64,000 nucleotides of DNA from Clostridium sp. CAG:567 (GTDB lineage Bacteria > Bacillota > Clostridia > TANB77 > CAG-508): assembly GCA_000437855.1 (NCBI GenBank), contig FR902169.1:4810-68809 (forward strand), written 5' to 3'. The notes beneath the pieces were generated by a model that saw only the letters and a program-made list of their open reading frames with translations, was not told the DNA's origin and ran no database searches. Below, one piece after another: positions 27,069-37,536 of this stretch; within the stretch, counting starts at the first letter, position 1, and each line of letters opens with the position of its first letter. The position numbers and the translations under genes are program-made.

Positions 27069-30000
27069 ATGGAGAAAAATTTATATAATTTAACCAACCC
27101 ACAAAAGTCAATTTGGCTTATGGATCAAGTAAATCCTGGCACAAATTTAAATAACATTGGTGGACCTGTTTTAATTAATGATTCTGTCAATGTTCCATTA
27201 TTGGAAAAAGCTTTAAATTTATATATAGAAAAAAATGAAGCTACTCGTTTACGTATAAAACTAGTAGACTCTTCACCTATGCAATATGTAGCAGATTATT
27301 CTTATTTTACAATTCCTGTTACAAAGCTAAAAAATGAAAAAGAATTAGAAGATTGGAATCAAAAAATAATTGATACTCCATTTAATGTTTTTGACTCTAA
27401 TTTATATTCACTTAGCATTTTTGTATTACCAGATGGACGTGGTGGTTTTAATGCAACATTACATCACCTTATTACAGACGCTTGGAGTATGAGCCTTTTA
27501 ATTACTGAAGTAATGAGTAATTATTCAAATCTTATTCATAATAATTCTGTAGATTATGTTTTCCCTAATTATACAGATTTTATTGACGCTGAAAATAATT
27601 ATATAAATAGTGAGAAATTCCCAAAAGATAGATTATTCTGGGACGAATATTTTGAAAATTGCCCAGAATTATGCTCAATTTCATCAAACAATATTAATTC
27701 AAATATGATTGCTAAGAGAAAAAGCTATATTTTAAATTCAGATTTATTTGCAAAAATAAATGATTTTTGCAAGTTATTAAATTGCTCTGTTTACACATTT
27801 TTTATGTCTATTTATTCTATCTATTTGTCTAAACTAACCAATATATCAGAGCCTATTATAGGTACACCAGTATTAAATAGAACAAATTTCAAAGAAAAAC
27901 ATACAAGTGGTATGTTTATTAGCACTGTGCCTTTTAAAGCAAAAGTTGATAGTAATATTACTTTTTCTGAATTTGTAAAATCTGTAGCAATTACTCAATT
28001 AGCTATATTTAGGCATCAAAAATACCCTTATTCACATCTATTAGAAGATTTGAAAAAGAAATATAATTTTTCAGAAAATTTATATGATATTGCCCTTTCT
28101 TATCAAAATGCTAGAGACAATAAAGAAAATTGTGATATAGATTATTCTTCTGGATGGCTATTTTCAGGAAAATGTACAGACACATTACAAGTACATTTTT
28201 ATGATATGGATAATACAGGTGATTTAAATATTTTTTATGATTATCAACTAGATAAATTAAGTGATGAAGAAATTAATACTTTGCACGAAAGAATAATGAA
28301 TATAGTTAATCAAGTTCTTTTAAATAATGAAATTGAAATAAAAAATATTGAAATAGTAACTGAAAATGAAAAAGAATTCTTCATTAGTCAGTTTAATAAC
28401 AATATTTTAGATTATTCTAAAGAAAAAAGCATTATAGAATTATTTGATGAGCAAGTTAAACTACATCCTAACGCAATTGCAGTTTCTGATGATAAAAATT
28501 CTATTTCATATATTGAGTTACAAAAGCGTATAAATAGCCTATCTTATGAATTACAAAAACAAGGAGTAAAAAAAGGTGATGTTGTTTCTACATTTTTAAA
28601 ACGTTCTCCTGAGTTAATAATTTCTCTACTTGCAATTATGAAAATAGGTGGAATTTACTTACCAATTTCTACTTCTCTACCAGAAGAAAGAGTTGAATAT
28701 ATTTTAAATGACAGTAATTCGCGTTGTTGCATTACAGCATCTAATTGCTCTTACTTAAAAAACGTAATTTTTATAGATAAAATAAATAATCAAAATTCAC
28801 AACTAACTCCTGTAACTTATTTGCCAGATGATGTTATTTACACTATTTACACTTCTGGTTCTACAGGAAATCCAAAAGGTGTTCAAGTTACAAACAAAAA
28901 TTTAAATAACTTTGTTTGTTCTTTTAACAAGTATTTTGATCATAAAGTATCAACACAAGATATTTGTTTGGCTAGTACAAATATATCTTTTGATGTTAGT
29001 ATTTGGGAAATTTTCTTCACATTACTAAATGGAGCTCAATTATATTTATATGATGAAGATAATATTTCAGATATTTTCCATTACTGTGATGTTATTTTAA
29101 AACATAATGTTACTATGTTATATATACCACCTAATATTTTGGAAAATGTATATTCAATTTTACATGAATCTAATAATGTTAAAATTGATAAGATTTTAGT
29201 TGGAGTTGAGCCAATAAAAAATTCTACTATTCAAAAGTTCTTCAGTTTAAATGAAAATATGCAAATAGTTAATGGGTATGGCCCTACTGAAACAACTATA
29301 TGTTGTACTGCTTTTAAAGTAGCTAAAAAAGAAGCAAATGACAATTCTATTATTCCTATTGGAAAGCCTTTATATAACTTAACTGCATATGTATTAAATA
29401 AGGACCTAAACATTGTGCCTGAGGGTATTGCTGGAGAGCTATTTATTGGTGGTGATAATGTTACAAAAGGTTATTTAAATAATGAGACTTTAACTAATGA
29501 AAAATATATTCAATCTCCTTTTAAAGCTGATGAAAGATTATACAGAACTGGTGATTTAGTAAAATTCTTACCTGATGGTAACTTGTTATTTGTTGGTAGA
29601 GATGACAAACAAGTTAAAGTAAGAGGTCATCGTATTGAAATAAATGAAATTGAAAATACTATTTCAATGTACCCTAATATTCAAAAATGTATTATTAATT
29701 TAAGAAATAATAACCAAGTTATTGTTGCATTTATTGTGGCTAGCACTAATATTTCAACTAAAGATTTAAAGCAATTTTTATTAACAAAATTGCCTGCTTA
29801 TAGTGTGCCAAATTTTATTATTCAATTAGATAGTTTTCCAACAACTGCAAATGGAAAAATTGATAAAAAGCAATTAAATAATATTGAAATTAATTTTTCT
29901 ATGAATTATGTTGCTCCACAAAATGAGTTGCAACAACAATTAGTTGATATTTGGAGTGAAATATTACAAGTTAATAATATTGGTATTGAAGACAGCTTTT

Positions 30001-33000
30001 TTGAAATTGGTGGTGACTCTTTATCATCAATAAGATTGGTATCTGAAATTTATAATAAATTTGGTATAAAGTTAACTGTAAATAATATTTTTGAAAATGA
30101 CACAATTGAAGACCTTGCAGTTTATATGCAAGCTCAAAATGCCTCATTAGTTGAAAATATTGAAAAAGCAAAAATATCAGATTCATACCCTTTGACTTCA
30201 GCTCAAAAAGGTATTTACTATGCTGTTAGCTTAGAAGAAAATCCTTCTATTACCTATAATACTCCTGGTGGAATTTTCTTAACAGGAAATTTAAATATTA
30301 AAAAACTTGAAGATTGTATTAATACATTAATTAAAAAACATGTAGCACTTAGAACATATTTTACTATGCAAAATAATGAACTTGTCCAAAAAATAGATGA
30401 CAATATTAATTTTAGTTTAAAAATAGAAAATGGAAATATTAATGATGTTGACACTATTTTTGCTAAATTTGTTCAGCCTTTTGATTTAAGCAAGGCTCCA
30501 CTTTTTAGAATAAAATTAATTGAATTTGATAAAACACATTATTTGTTGTTGGTAGATTTCCACCATATTATTTGTGATGGTACTTCTATTGGAATTTTTA
30601 CAGCAGAATTAGTAAATTTATATAATGGAAATTCAATTAAAGAAAATAACTTTGATTATATTGATTATGCTATTTTTGAAAATAAACTAAAATCTTCTGA
30701 AAAATATAATCAAATGAAACAATTTTGGAAGTCAAAATTTGATGGGGAACTTCCTGTATTAAATATGCCTACAAATTTTGCAAGGCCAGCTAATCGCTCT
30801 TTTGAAGGTGATGAAGTATTATTAAATATTACAAATGCAGATGAAATATACACATTGTGTAAAAGTCTACACACCACACCATACTTTTTCTTATTATCTG
30901 TTTACTATATTCTTCTTAGTAAATATACTAGTCAAGAAGATATTATTGTAGGAACTGCTGTTGCTGGAAGAGATGATGCAAATTTTGCAAATATTTTAGG
31001 TATGTTTGTAAATACGTTGGCATTACGTGAAAAAATTGATTCTAACTTATCTTTTAATGAGTTTTTAAATATAGTAACTCAAACTGGACTTGCATGTTTA
31101 GAAAATCAAACTTATCCATTTGATGAGTTAGTAAAAGAATTAAATTTAAATAGAAATACAAACCGAGCTCCTTTATTTGATACAATGTTTGTATATCAAA
31201 ATGAAGAAAGTGCTTTAATAGACTTTTCAGGTGTTGAAACAAAACTTTATACCCCATGTTCTAAAGTTTCAAAATTTGATTTTTCATTAGATCTAACGCC
31301 AAAATCTAATGTTATATCAGCTCGTTTAGAATATGCTACAAGTCTATTTACAAAAGATTTTATGACTCAATTTTTAAATCATTATATAAGTTTAATAAAA
31401 TTAATTTTAAATGATATTCATGTTACTATTAAAGAAATTAGTTTATTAAATAAAGATGAAAAATTAGAAATTGAAAAAACATATAACAGCTCTATTTTAC
31501 CTTATGATGAAAATGTTAAATTAGTTGAATTATTTGAAAATGAAGCAGAAAAAAATCCAAATAATATTGCTATTCGTTTCAATGGTTCTTCTATTACATA
31601 TGAAGAATTAAATAAAAAGGCAAATCAAATAGCAAACTTTTTAATTAGTAAAAATGTAAAAAGAAATCAAATTGTAGGAATTCTTCTTCCTCGTACACCA
31701 GACTTGCTATTTGCTATGTTAGGTATATTAAAATCTGGTGCTGGTTATATGTTAATTGATACAAGTTTGCCATATGATCGTATTAGTTTTATGCTAGAAA
31801 ATGCTCATTCAAACTATTTAATAACTAATAAAGACTCAAAAAATATTGATGGTGTTGAAAAACTTTATTTAGATGAATTGCCTCTAGAAAATTATAGTGC
31901 ACAAAATGTAAATGCCTATAGTGATAATGAAGACAGTTTTGCAGTTATTTATACATCTGGCTCTACTGGCACTCCAAAAGGTGTAGAGTTAAAACGAAAA
32001 GGTGTTATAAATATGCTAAGTAATTATAAAGCTTTTCTTTATACTGATACTTGTACAAACTTTTTAAGTATGAGTAGTGTAGCATTTGATATGTTTATTG
32101 TAGAAAACTTTGTGCCATTACTTTCTGGTAAAACTGTAATATTAACAAATGAAGAAGAACAAAAAATACCATTATATACAAACACATTAATAGAGCAAGA
32201 ACATGTAAACTTTATTTTAACTACTCCTTCTAGAATGGACTTATTACTTTCTGTAGGTTCAAATTGGAATACTATAAAAGTTATACAATTAGGTGGAGAA
32301 GTTTTTCCTTCAAATTTATATGATAAAATAAAAGCTCAAACTTCTAATGCTCATATATTTAATGGTTATGGTCCTTCTGAAATTACTGCTTGTTGTACAA
32401 GTAAAGAAGTTTACAATTCTAATGATATAACTATTGGTAAGCCATTTGCTAATACACAATTGTGGATTTGTAATAAAGATTTAAACATATGCCCTATTGG
32501 TGTTGAAGGTGAAATTTGTGTTGCAGGTCTTGGAGTTGGTAAAGGTTATATTAATAACCCTGATTTAACTAATAAAAGTTTTGTACCAAATCCTTTTGGA
32601 GATGGAATTATGTACAAAACTGGTGACATTGGAAAATACAAATCTAATGGTGATATTGAGTTTATTGGCAGAAGAGATTCACAAATTAAAATACGTGGCC
32701 TTAGGGTTGAATTATCTGAAATTGAAAATCAGTTTTTGAAAATACCTGAAATAACTAATATTTGTATAATTTATAAAAAAGAAACTGTACCTTATTTAGC
32801 TGCATTTTTCACATCATCTGGTGAGATTGAAACATCAGTAATAAGAAAGCAGTTGTCTGAAACCTTACCATTATATATGGTGCCAAAATATATTATAAAA
32901 TTAGACAAGCTTCCAATTACTTTAAATGGTAAAATAGATAAAAAACAATTAGAAAATTATTCTATAAGCCAAGTTGAAACTAGAACCTATGTTGCACCTA

Positions 33001-34463
33001 GAAATGAGACTGAAAAACTATGTTGTAACATATGGGAAAGCCTTTTAAACTGTCAAATTGGTATTGATGATGATATATTTGAAATGGGTGCTGACTCTTT
33101 ACTTGCAATTAAATTCAAAACAGAATTATTAGCTTATAATATTAATATTACATATTCTGATATTTTTAAATATCATACAGTTAGAGAGCTTGTAAGCACA
33201 CATGGCGAATATGATATTGAATTATTAGATAACAAAGATTTTGTTGAATGCCATAATGCATTAGAAAAAAATGTTGCATCTAATTTTGCTACATCTCTTT
33301 CTAACTTACAGTCTTCAAGTTATAACAATATTTTACTATTAGGAGCTAATGGATTTGTTGGTAGCCATATTTTATATAGTTTTATTAAAAATGATACTGG
33401 TAATGCTTATTGCATTGTTCGTGACAAAGACAGAAAAGAAGGAAAAACTAGATTTTTAGAAACATTACATTTCTACTTTGGAAATGAATTAGACCATTAT
33501 TTAAATAATAGAATTTTTGTTATTAATTCTAGTATTTTAGATGAAAACTTTGGTATGAGTGAAAAAGATTATTTAGAATTGCTTAATAGCATTGATGTTA
33601 TTATTAATTCAGCTGCAATTGTAAAACACTATGGTAATGAGGAAAAATTTAAAAAAATAAATGTTGGTTTAACAGAAAAACTTATTGATATATGTACAAA
33701 GTTCAATAAAAGATTACTTCATGTCTCTTCTTTAAGTGTATCTGGAAATTTATCTTTAGATGGTAGTTATGCAGATAGAATACATGAAGTTACTGAGAAT
33801 ATGAATTTTTCTGAGCATAATTTATATATTGGTCAAATTCTAGATAATGAATATATTAAAAGTAAATTTTTATCTGAAAAATTGATATTAGAAAATATAA
33901 GTAAAAATGGTTTGCAAGCACAAATTTTACGTTTAGGCAACATTACTAATAGATATTCAGATGGTGCTTTTCAAATAAATTACCAAGAAAATGCATTTTT
34001 GGAACGTATGCTTACATTTATAGAGCTTGGTTATGTTCCAAATAATCTATTGGATATGTATATTGAATTCACACCAGTTGATGTTTGTGGTAATGCAATA
34101 ATAAAAATTTTACAAAACTATGTACCTGATTTTTCAGTATATCATTTATATAATGATAATCATGTGTATATGAATGAATTTTTGAAAATTCTTCAAGAAG
34201 AAAATATTAATATTGTTTCTGTTTCTCCTGAGGAGTTTGGTAAAAAAATTACAGACTTGTCAAAAAATGCAAAAAGTGCTAATATACTTTCTGGAATTAT
34301 AAATGATTTAGGACCAGATAAACAATTAGAGTATAAATCTAATATTAATATTCTTTCAGATTTTACTAAAGCATTTTTATACCATATTAATTTTAAATGG
34401 CCTAAAATCGATGAATCATATTTGAAAAAATATATTAACTATTTAAGAAAATATTTAGCCTAA
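27069..34463 (+). CDS. Bimodular non-ribosomal peptide synthetase, C-A-T-C-A-T-R (terminal thioester reductase)
   Basis: C1 HHLITDA (aa 132-138). A1 YTSGSTGNPKG (aa 594-604) ... NGKIDKKQL. T1 GGDS (Ser984, nt 30018-30020). C2 HHIICDG (aa 1165-1171). A2 YTSGSTGTPKG ... NGKIDKKQL. T2 GADS (Ser2010, nt 33096-33098). R domain GANGFVG (aa 2092-2098) and Y2262-x3-K2266. Confidence 0.95.
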   Translation: MEKNLYNLTNPQKSIWLMDQVNPGTNLNNIGGPVLINDSVNVPLLEKALNLYIEKNEATRLRIKLVDSSPMQYVADYSYFTIPVTKLKNEKELEDWNQKIIDTPFNVFDSNLYSLSIFVLPDGRGGFNATLHHLITDAWSMSLLITEVMSNYSNLIHNNSVDYVFPNYTDFIDAENNYINSEKFPKDRLFWDEYFENCPELCSISSNNINSNMIAKRKSYILNSDLFAKINDFCKLLNCSVYTFFMSIYSIYLSKLTNISEPIIGTPVLNRTNFKEKHTSGMFISTVPFKAKVDSNITFSEFVKSVAITQLAIFRHQKYPYSHLLEDLKKKYNFSENLYDIALSYQNARDNKENCDIDYSSGWLFSGKCTDTLQVHFYDMDNTGDLNIFYDYQLDKLSDEEINTLHERIMNIVNQVLLNNEIEIKNIEIVTENEKEFFISQFNNNILDYSKEKSIIELFDEQVKLHPNAIAVSDDKNSISYIELQKRINSLSYELQKQGVKKGDVVSTFLKRSPELIISLLAIMKIGGIYLPISTSLPEERVEYILNDSNSRCCITASNCSYLKNVIFIDKINNQNSQLTPVTYLPDDVIYTIYTSGSTGNPKGVQVTNKNLNNFVCSFNKYFDHKVSTQDICLASTNISFDVSIWEIFFTLLNGAQLYLYDEDNISDIFHYCDVILKHNVTMLYIPPNILENVYSILHESNNVKIDKILVGVEPIKNSTIQKFFSLNENMQIVNGYGPTETTICCTAFKVAKKEANDNSIIPIGKPLYNLTAYVLNKDLNIVPEGIAGELFIGGDNVTKGYLNNETLTNEKYIQSPFKADERLYRTGDLVKFLPDGNLLFVGRDDKQVKVRGHRIEINEIENTISMYPNIQKCIINLRNNNQVIVAFIVASTNISTKDLKQFLLTKLPAYSVPNFIIQLDSFPTTANGKIDKKQLNNIEINFSMNYVAPQNELQQQLVDIWSEILQVNNIGIEDSFFEIGGDSLSSIRLVSEIYNKFGIKLTVNNIFENDTIEDLAVYMQAQNASLVENIEKAKISDSYPLTSAQKGIYYAVSLEENPSITYNTPGGIFLTGNLNIKKLEDCINTLIKKHVALRTYFTMQNNELVQKIDDNINFSLKIENGNINDVDTIFAKFVQPFDLSKAPLFRIKLIEFDKTHYLLLVDFHHIICDGTSIGIFTAELVNLYNGNSIKENNFDYIDYAIFENKLKSSEKYNQMKQFWKSKFDGELPVLNMPTNFARPANRSFEGDEVLLNITNADEIYTLCKSLHTTPYFFLLSVYYILLSKYTSQEDIIVGTAVAGRDDANFANILGMFVNTLALREKIDSNLSFNEFLNIVTQTGLACLENQTYPFDELVKELNLNRNTNRAPLFDTMFVYQNEESALIDFSGVETKLYTPCSKVSKFDFSLDLTPKSNVISARLEYATSLFTKDFMTQFLNHYISLIKLILNDIHVTIKEISLLNKDEKLEIEKTYNSSILPYDENVKLVELFENEAEKNPNNIAIRFNGSSITYEELNKKANQIANFLISKNVKRNQIVGILLPRTPDLLFAMLGILKSGAGYMLIDTSLPYDRISFMLENAHSNYLITNKDSKNIDGVEKLYLDELPLENYSAQNVNAYSDNEDSFAVIYTSGSTGTPKGVELKRKGVINMLSNYKAFLYTDTCTNFLSMSSVAFDMFIVENFVPLLSGKTVILTNEEEQKIPLYTNTLIEQEHVNFILTTPSRMDLLLSVGSNWNTIKVIQLGGEVFPSNLYDKIKAQTSNAHIFNGYGPSEITACCTSKEVYNSNDITIGKPFANTQLWICNKDLNICPIGVEGEICVAGLGVGKGYINNPDLTNKSFVPNPFGDGIMYKTGDIGKYKSNGDIEFIGRRDSQIKIRGLRVELSEIENQFLKIPEITNICIIYKKETVPYLAAFFTSSGEIETSVIRKQLSETLPLYMVPKYIIKLDKLPITLNGKIDKKQLENYSISQVETRTYVAPRNETEKLCCNIWESLLNCQIGIDDDIFEMGADSLLAIKFKTELLAYNINITYSDIFKYHTVRELVSTHGEYDIELLDNKDFVECHNALEKNVASNFATSLSNLQSSSYNNILLLGANGFVGSHILYSFIKNDTGNAYCIVRDKDRKEGKTRFLETLHFYFGNELDHYLNNRIFVINSSILDENFGMSEKDYLELLNSIDVIINSAAIVKHYGNEEKFKKINVGLTEKLIDICTKFNKRLLHVSSLSVSGNLSLDGSYADRIHEVTENMNFSEHNLYIGQILDNEYIKSKFLSEKLILENISKNGLQAQILRLGNITNRYSDGAFQINYQENAFLERMLTFIELGYVPNNLLDMYIEFTPVDVCGNAIIKILQNYVPDFSVYHLYNDNHVYMNEFLKILQEENINIVSVSPEEFGKKITDLSKNAKSANILSGIINDLGPDKQLEYKSNINILSDFTKAFLYHINFKWPKIDESYLKKYINYLRKYLA

Positions 34464-34466
34464 AAG

Positions 34467-34498
34467 TTGATAGATGTATAATTATATACATCTATCAA
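34467..34498 (+). terminator. Hairpin after the NRPS gene
   Basis: Perfect 14-bp stem ttgatagatgtata/tatacatctatcaa with a 4-nt loop. The T-tract is weak. Confidence 0.5.
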
Positions 34499-34527
34499 AT
34501 GTATTTATTTAAAGGAGTATTAAACTT

Positions 34528-36333
34528 ATGAAAAATTTAAACTATTTGGTTATTCTTATTATATCTGCAATAATTATGACTGTATTATTGTTAGTTATTA
34601 AAAAAACTCAAAAAACTAAAAAACAAATTTATTATTCTTTCATAACTTTAGTTGGTTTAATGTTAGTTTGGACAATTAGTTTAATTATGCAAATTCTGTG
34701 TCAAAATACATCTATTCCGCCTGTATATTTTGAATATACTGCTGCTTTTGGTGGATGTTTTTTATCTGTTGCATTTTTCTTTTTTGCATTAATTATGTCT
34801 AAAACAAAAATTAAATTTAAGCTTTGGTATTTGCTTTTATTTGTTATACCTATACTTTCATGTATTTGCTTATGGACAAATGATTTCCACCATTTATTTT
34901 ATGCAAAATACTCTATTAATTTAAATGATACTGTAAAGGGCCCATTTATAATGGTCCATTCAGTTTATACATTTGCTTTATTAATACTTGCTATATTTAT
35001 ATTATTTAAATACTCATTTAAAACATCAGGTTTCTTTTCTAAGCAATCATTATTAATTGTTTTAGGAGCTCTTATTCCTTTAGTTATTAATTTGCTTGGA
35101 ATGCTTGGTATACCTATGACAGTATATTTAACGCCTATATGTTTTGCACTTACAATTTTATTTTTTGCATTGGCTGTATTTAGGTTTGGATTAATGAAAG
35201 TAACCCCAATAGCATTGCAAACAATTGCGGATAAAATTTCAGATGGTTACTTAGTTTTGGATGAAAATGGTATTATTACAGATTTTAATGCTACAGTATT
35301 AAAAATGTTTAAGCTTGATGGGAATTACATTAGAGGAAAAAACTTATTTGATATAGTAAATACAGGAAATTATTTTTCTGTTAACACTGAAAAATTAAAA
35401 AACTGTATTGATATTGCAAAAGATACTCCTGATACATTTCATTTTGAAAAAAAATTAGTTAATGAAGACAAATATTTTAATATAGAAATTAATAGTATTC
35501 AAAATGATAAAACTTTTCTAGGAATTTTAGTATTATTTAAAGATACAACTCAACATATGCTTGATATGCAAACAATTAAAAATAATCAAAATATGCTTAT
35601 GGAAAGAGAACGTTTAGCTTCACTTGGTCAGTTAATTGGTGGTATAGCTCACAACTTAAAAACTCCTATAATGTCTATATCTGGTGCAGCTGAAGGTCTT
35701 ACAGATTTAGTTAAAGAATATGAAGCATCTGTAGGAGACCCTGAGGTTACTGTACAAGATCACCATGATATTGCAAAAGACATGAAGGATTGGATAGACA
35801 AAATACGTTCTTATACAGAATATATGTCAGATGTTATTACTGCTGTTAAAGGCCAGGCTGTTACAATGTCTGAAGAACAAGCTGTATCATTTACTTTAGA
35901 CGAATTAGTTAAACGTGTAAATATTTTAATGAAACATGAATTAAAAAATGCCTTAGTAGAGCTAAATGTTTGCATGAAAACAGATGAAAGAACTGTATTA
36001 AAAGGAAATATAAACAGTTTGGTACAAGTTATAAATAACATGGTTTCAAATGCTATACAATCATATGATGGTAAACCTGATAATAAAATTGATTTAATTT
36101 TATCAAAACAAAATAATAATGTTGTTATTTCTGTAAAAGATTATGGAAATGGCTTACCAGATGAAGTTCAAAAGAAATTATTTAAAGAAATGATAACAAC
36201 AAAAGGTAAAAATGGTACTGGACTTGGATTATTTATGTCATACTCTACTATTCGTGCTCATTTTAATGGCAATATTACTTTTGAAACAGAAAAAGGAAAA
36301 GGAACTACATTTAATGTAATCCTACCACTTTAA
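34528..36333 (+). CDS. Sensor histidine kinase with N-terminal 7TM domain and PAS domain
   Basis: ~7 TM helices, a PAS-like segment, H-box GGIAHNLKTPI, N box NMVSNAIQS, G boxes DYGNGLP / GTGLGL. Confidence 0.85.
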   Translation: MKNLNYLVILIISAIIMTVLLLVIKKTQKTKKQIYYSFITLVGLMLVWTISLIMQILCQNTSIPPVYFEYTAAFGGCFLSVAFFFFALIMSKTKIKFKLWYLLLFVIPILSCICLWTNDFHHLFYAKYSINLNDTVKGPFIMVHSVYTFALLILAIFILFKYSFKTSGFFSKQSLLIVLGALIPLVINLLGMLGIPMTVYLTPICFALTILFFALAVFRFGLMKVTPIALQTIADKISDGYLVLDENGIITDFNATVLKMFKLDGNYIRGKNLFDIVNTGNYFSVNTEKLKNCIDIAKDTPDTFHFEKKLVNEDKYFNIEINSIQNDKTFLGILVLFKDTTQHMLDMQTIKNNQNMLMERERLASLGQLIGGIAHNLKTPIMSISGAAEGLTDLVKEYEASVGDPEVTVQDHHDIAKDMKDWIDKIRSYTEYMSDVITAVKGQAVTMSEEQAVSFTLDELVKRVNILMKHELKNALVELNVCMKTDERTVLKGNINSLVQVINNMVSNAIQSYDGKPDNKIDLILSKQNNNVVISVKDYGNGLPDEVQKKLFKEMITTKGKNGTGLGLFMSYSTIRAHFNGNITFETEKGKGTTFNVILPL

Positions 36334-36350
36334 TATTTACTCATATGTAT

Positions 36351-36388
36351 AAAATCTAGTGTTTTCAACTAAATGCTAGATTTTTTTT
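36351..36388 (+). terminator. Rho-independent terminator after the kinase gene
   Basis: aaaatctag...ctagatttt stem followed by TTTTTTTT. Confidence 0.7.
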
Positions 36389-36472
36389 ATGCAAAAGCTG
36401 TACAATTCGACAAGTTATGATATAATGATGTTGTCATCTTGAATAGATTACAATAAACGTTGAGGTGAGATT

Positions 36473-37525
36473 ATGAGAAAAAACATGCAAAGCGCAAATG
36501 ATAAAGGTTATAGAATTATAGCAGTTGATGATGAGGAAGGAATTGTTGATTCTTTATCAATTTTCTTAAAGAGATCTGGCTATGATTTTACAGGTGTTAC
36601 TGACCCAATGGAAGCAATTGAAAAGGTTAAAAATGAACATTTTGATTTAATGATTTTGGACTTTATTATGACACCTATTCATGGAGATCAGGTAGTTGAA
36701 GAAATACGTAAATTCAATAAGGAATTATATATTTTGTTACTAACTGGTCATAAAGATTTGGCTCCACCTTTGGAAACAATTAGAAAATTAGATATTCAAG
36801 GTTATTGTGAAAAAAGTGATAAATTTGATCAATTACTTCTTTTAATTGAGTCTGGAATTAAGTCAATTGAGCAAATGAATGAAATAAAAAGAATAAATGA
36901 AGAGCTTTCTTCTACTTATGAAAAACTAGAAAGAGCCTACTTAGACAGTATTCAAACTTTAAGATATACTGTTGAAGCTAAAGACCCATATACCAGAGGA
37001 CATTCAGATAGGGTTTCTAAGTATTCTGTTTTAATTGGAAAATATTTAGGATTATCTGATACTGATTTAAAAACTCTAGAAGTTGGTGGTTTATTCCATG
37101 ATATTGGAAAAATTGGTATTCCTGATAGTATTTTATTAAAGGAATCTAAATTGACAGATGATGAATATTCACAAATAAAAAACCATCCTTCAATAGGTGC
37201 TCATATTTTGTGTAATGCTGAAGTTTTTCAAGATATTATACCAATTGTAAAGCATCATCATGAAAGATTTGACGGGACTGGTTACCCTGGAAAACTAAAA
37301 GGCAACGATATTCCTTATCTTGCGAGAATAGCTGCTGTTGCAGATACTTTTGATGCTATGACATCAAGGAGAACTTATCGTGATCCTTTAAGTTTAGATG
37401 TTGTAAAAGCTGAATTTGAAAGATGCTCTGGAACACAATTTGACCCAGAAATTGCAAAAGTATTTTTAGATATTTTAAATAATCATTATGATGAAGTAAA
37501 TGAAATTCAAGAACAATTTAAATAA
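36473..37525 (+). CDS. Response regulator with HD-GYP output domain (RpfG-type, predicted c-di-GMP phosphodiesterase)
   Basis: REC domain (DLMILDFIMTP), then GLFHDIGK and HHERFDGTGYP. Confidence 0.9.
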   Translation: MRKNMQSANDKGYRIIAVDDEEGIVDSLSIFLKRSGYDFTGVTDPMEAIEKVKNEHFDLMILDFIMTPIHGDQVVEEIRKFNKELYILLLTGHKDLAPPLETIRKLDIQGYCEKSDKFDQLLLLIESGIKSIEQMNEIKRINEELSSTYEKLERAYLDSIQTLRYTVEAKDPYTRGHSDRVSKYSVLIGKYLGLSDTDLKTLEVGGLFHDIGKIGIPDSILLKESKLTDDEYSQIKNHPSIGAHILCNAEVFQDIIPIVKHHHERFDGTGYPGKLKGNDIPYLARIAAVADTFDAMTSRRTYRDPLSLDVVKAEFERCSGTQFDPEIAKVFLDILNNHYDEVNEIQEQFK

Positions 37526-37536
37526 GGGGATATTCT

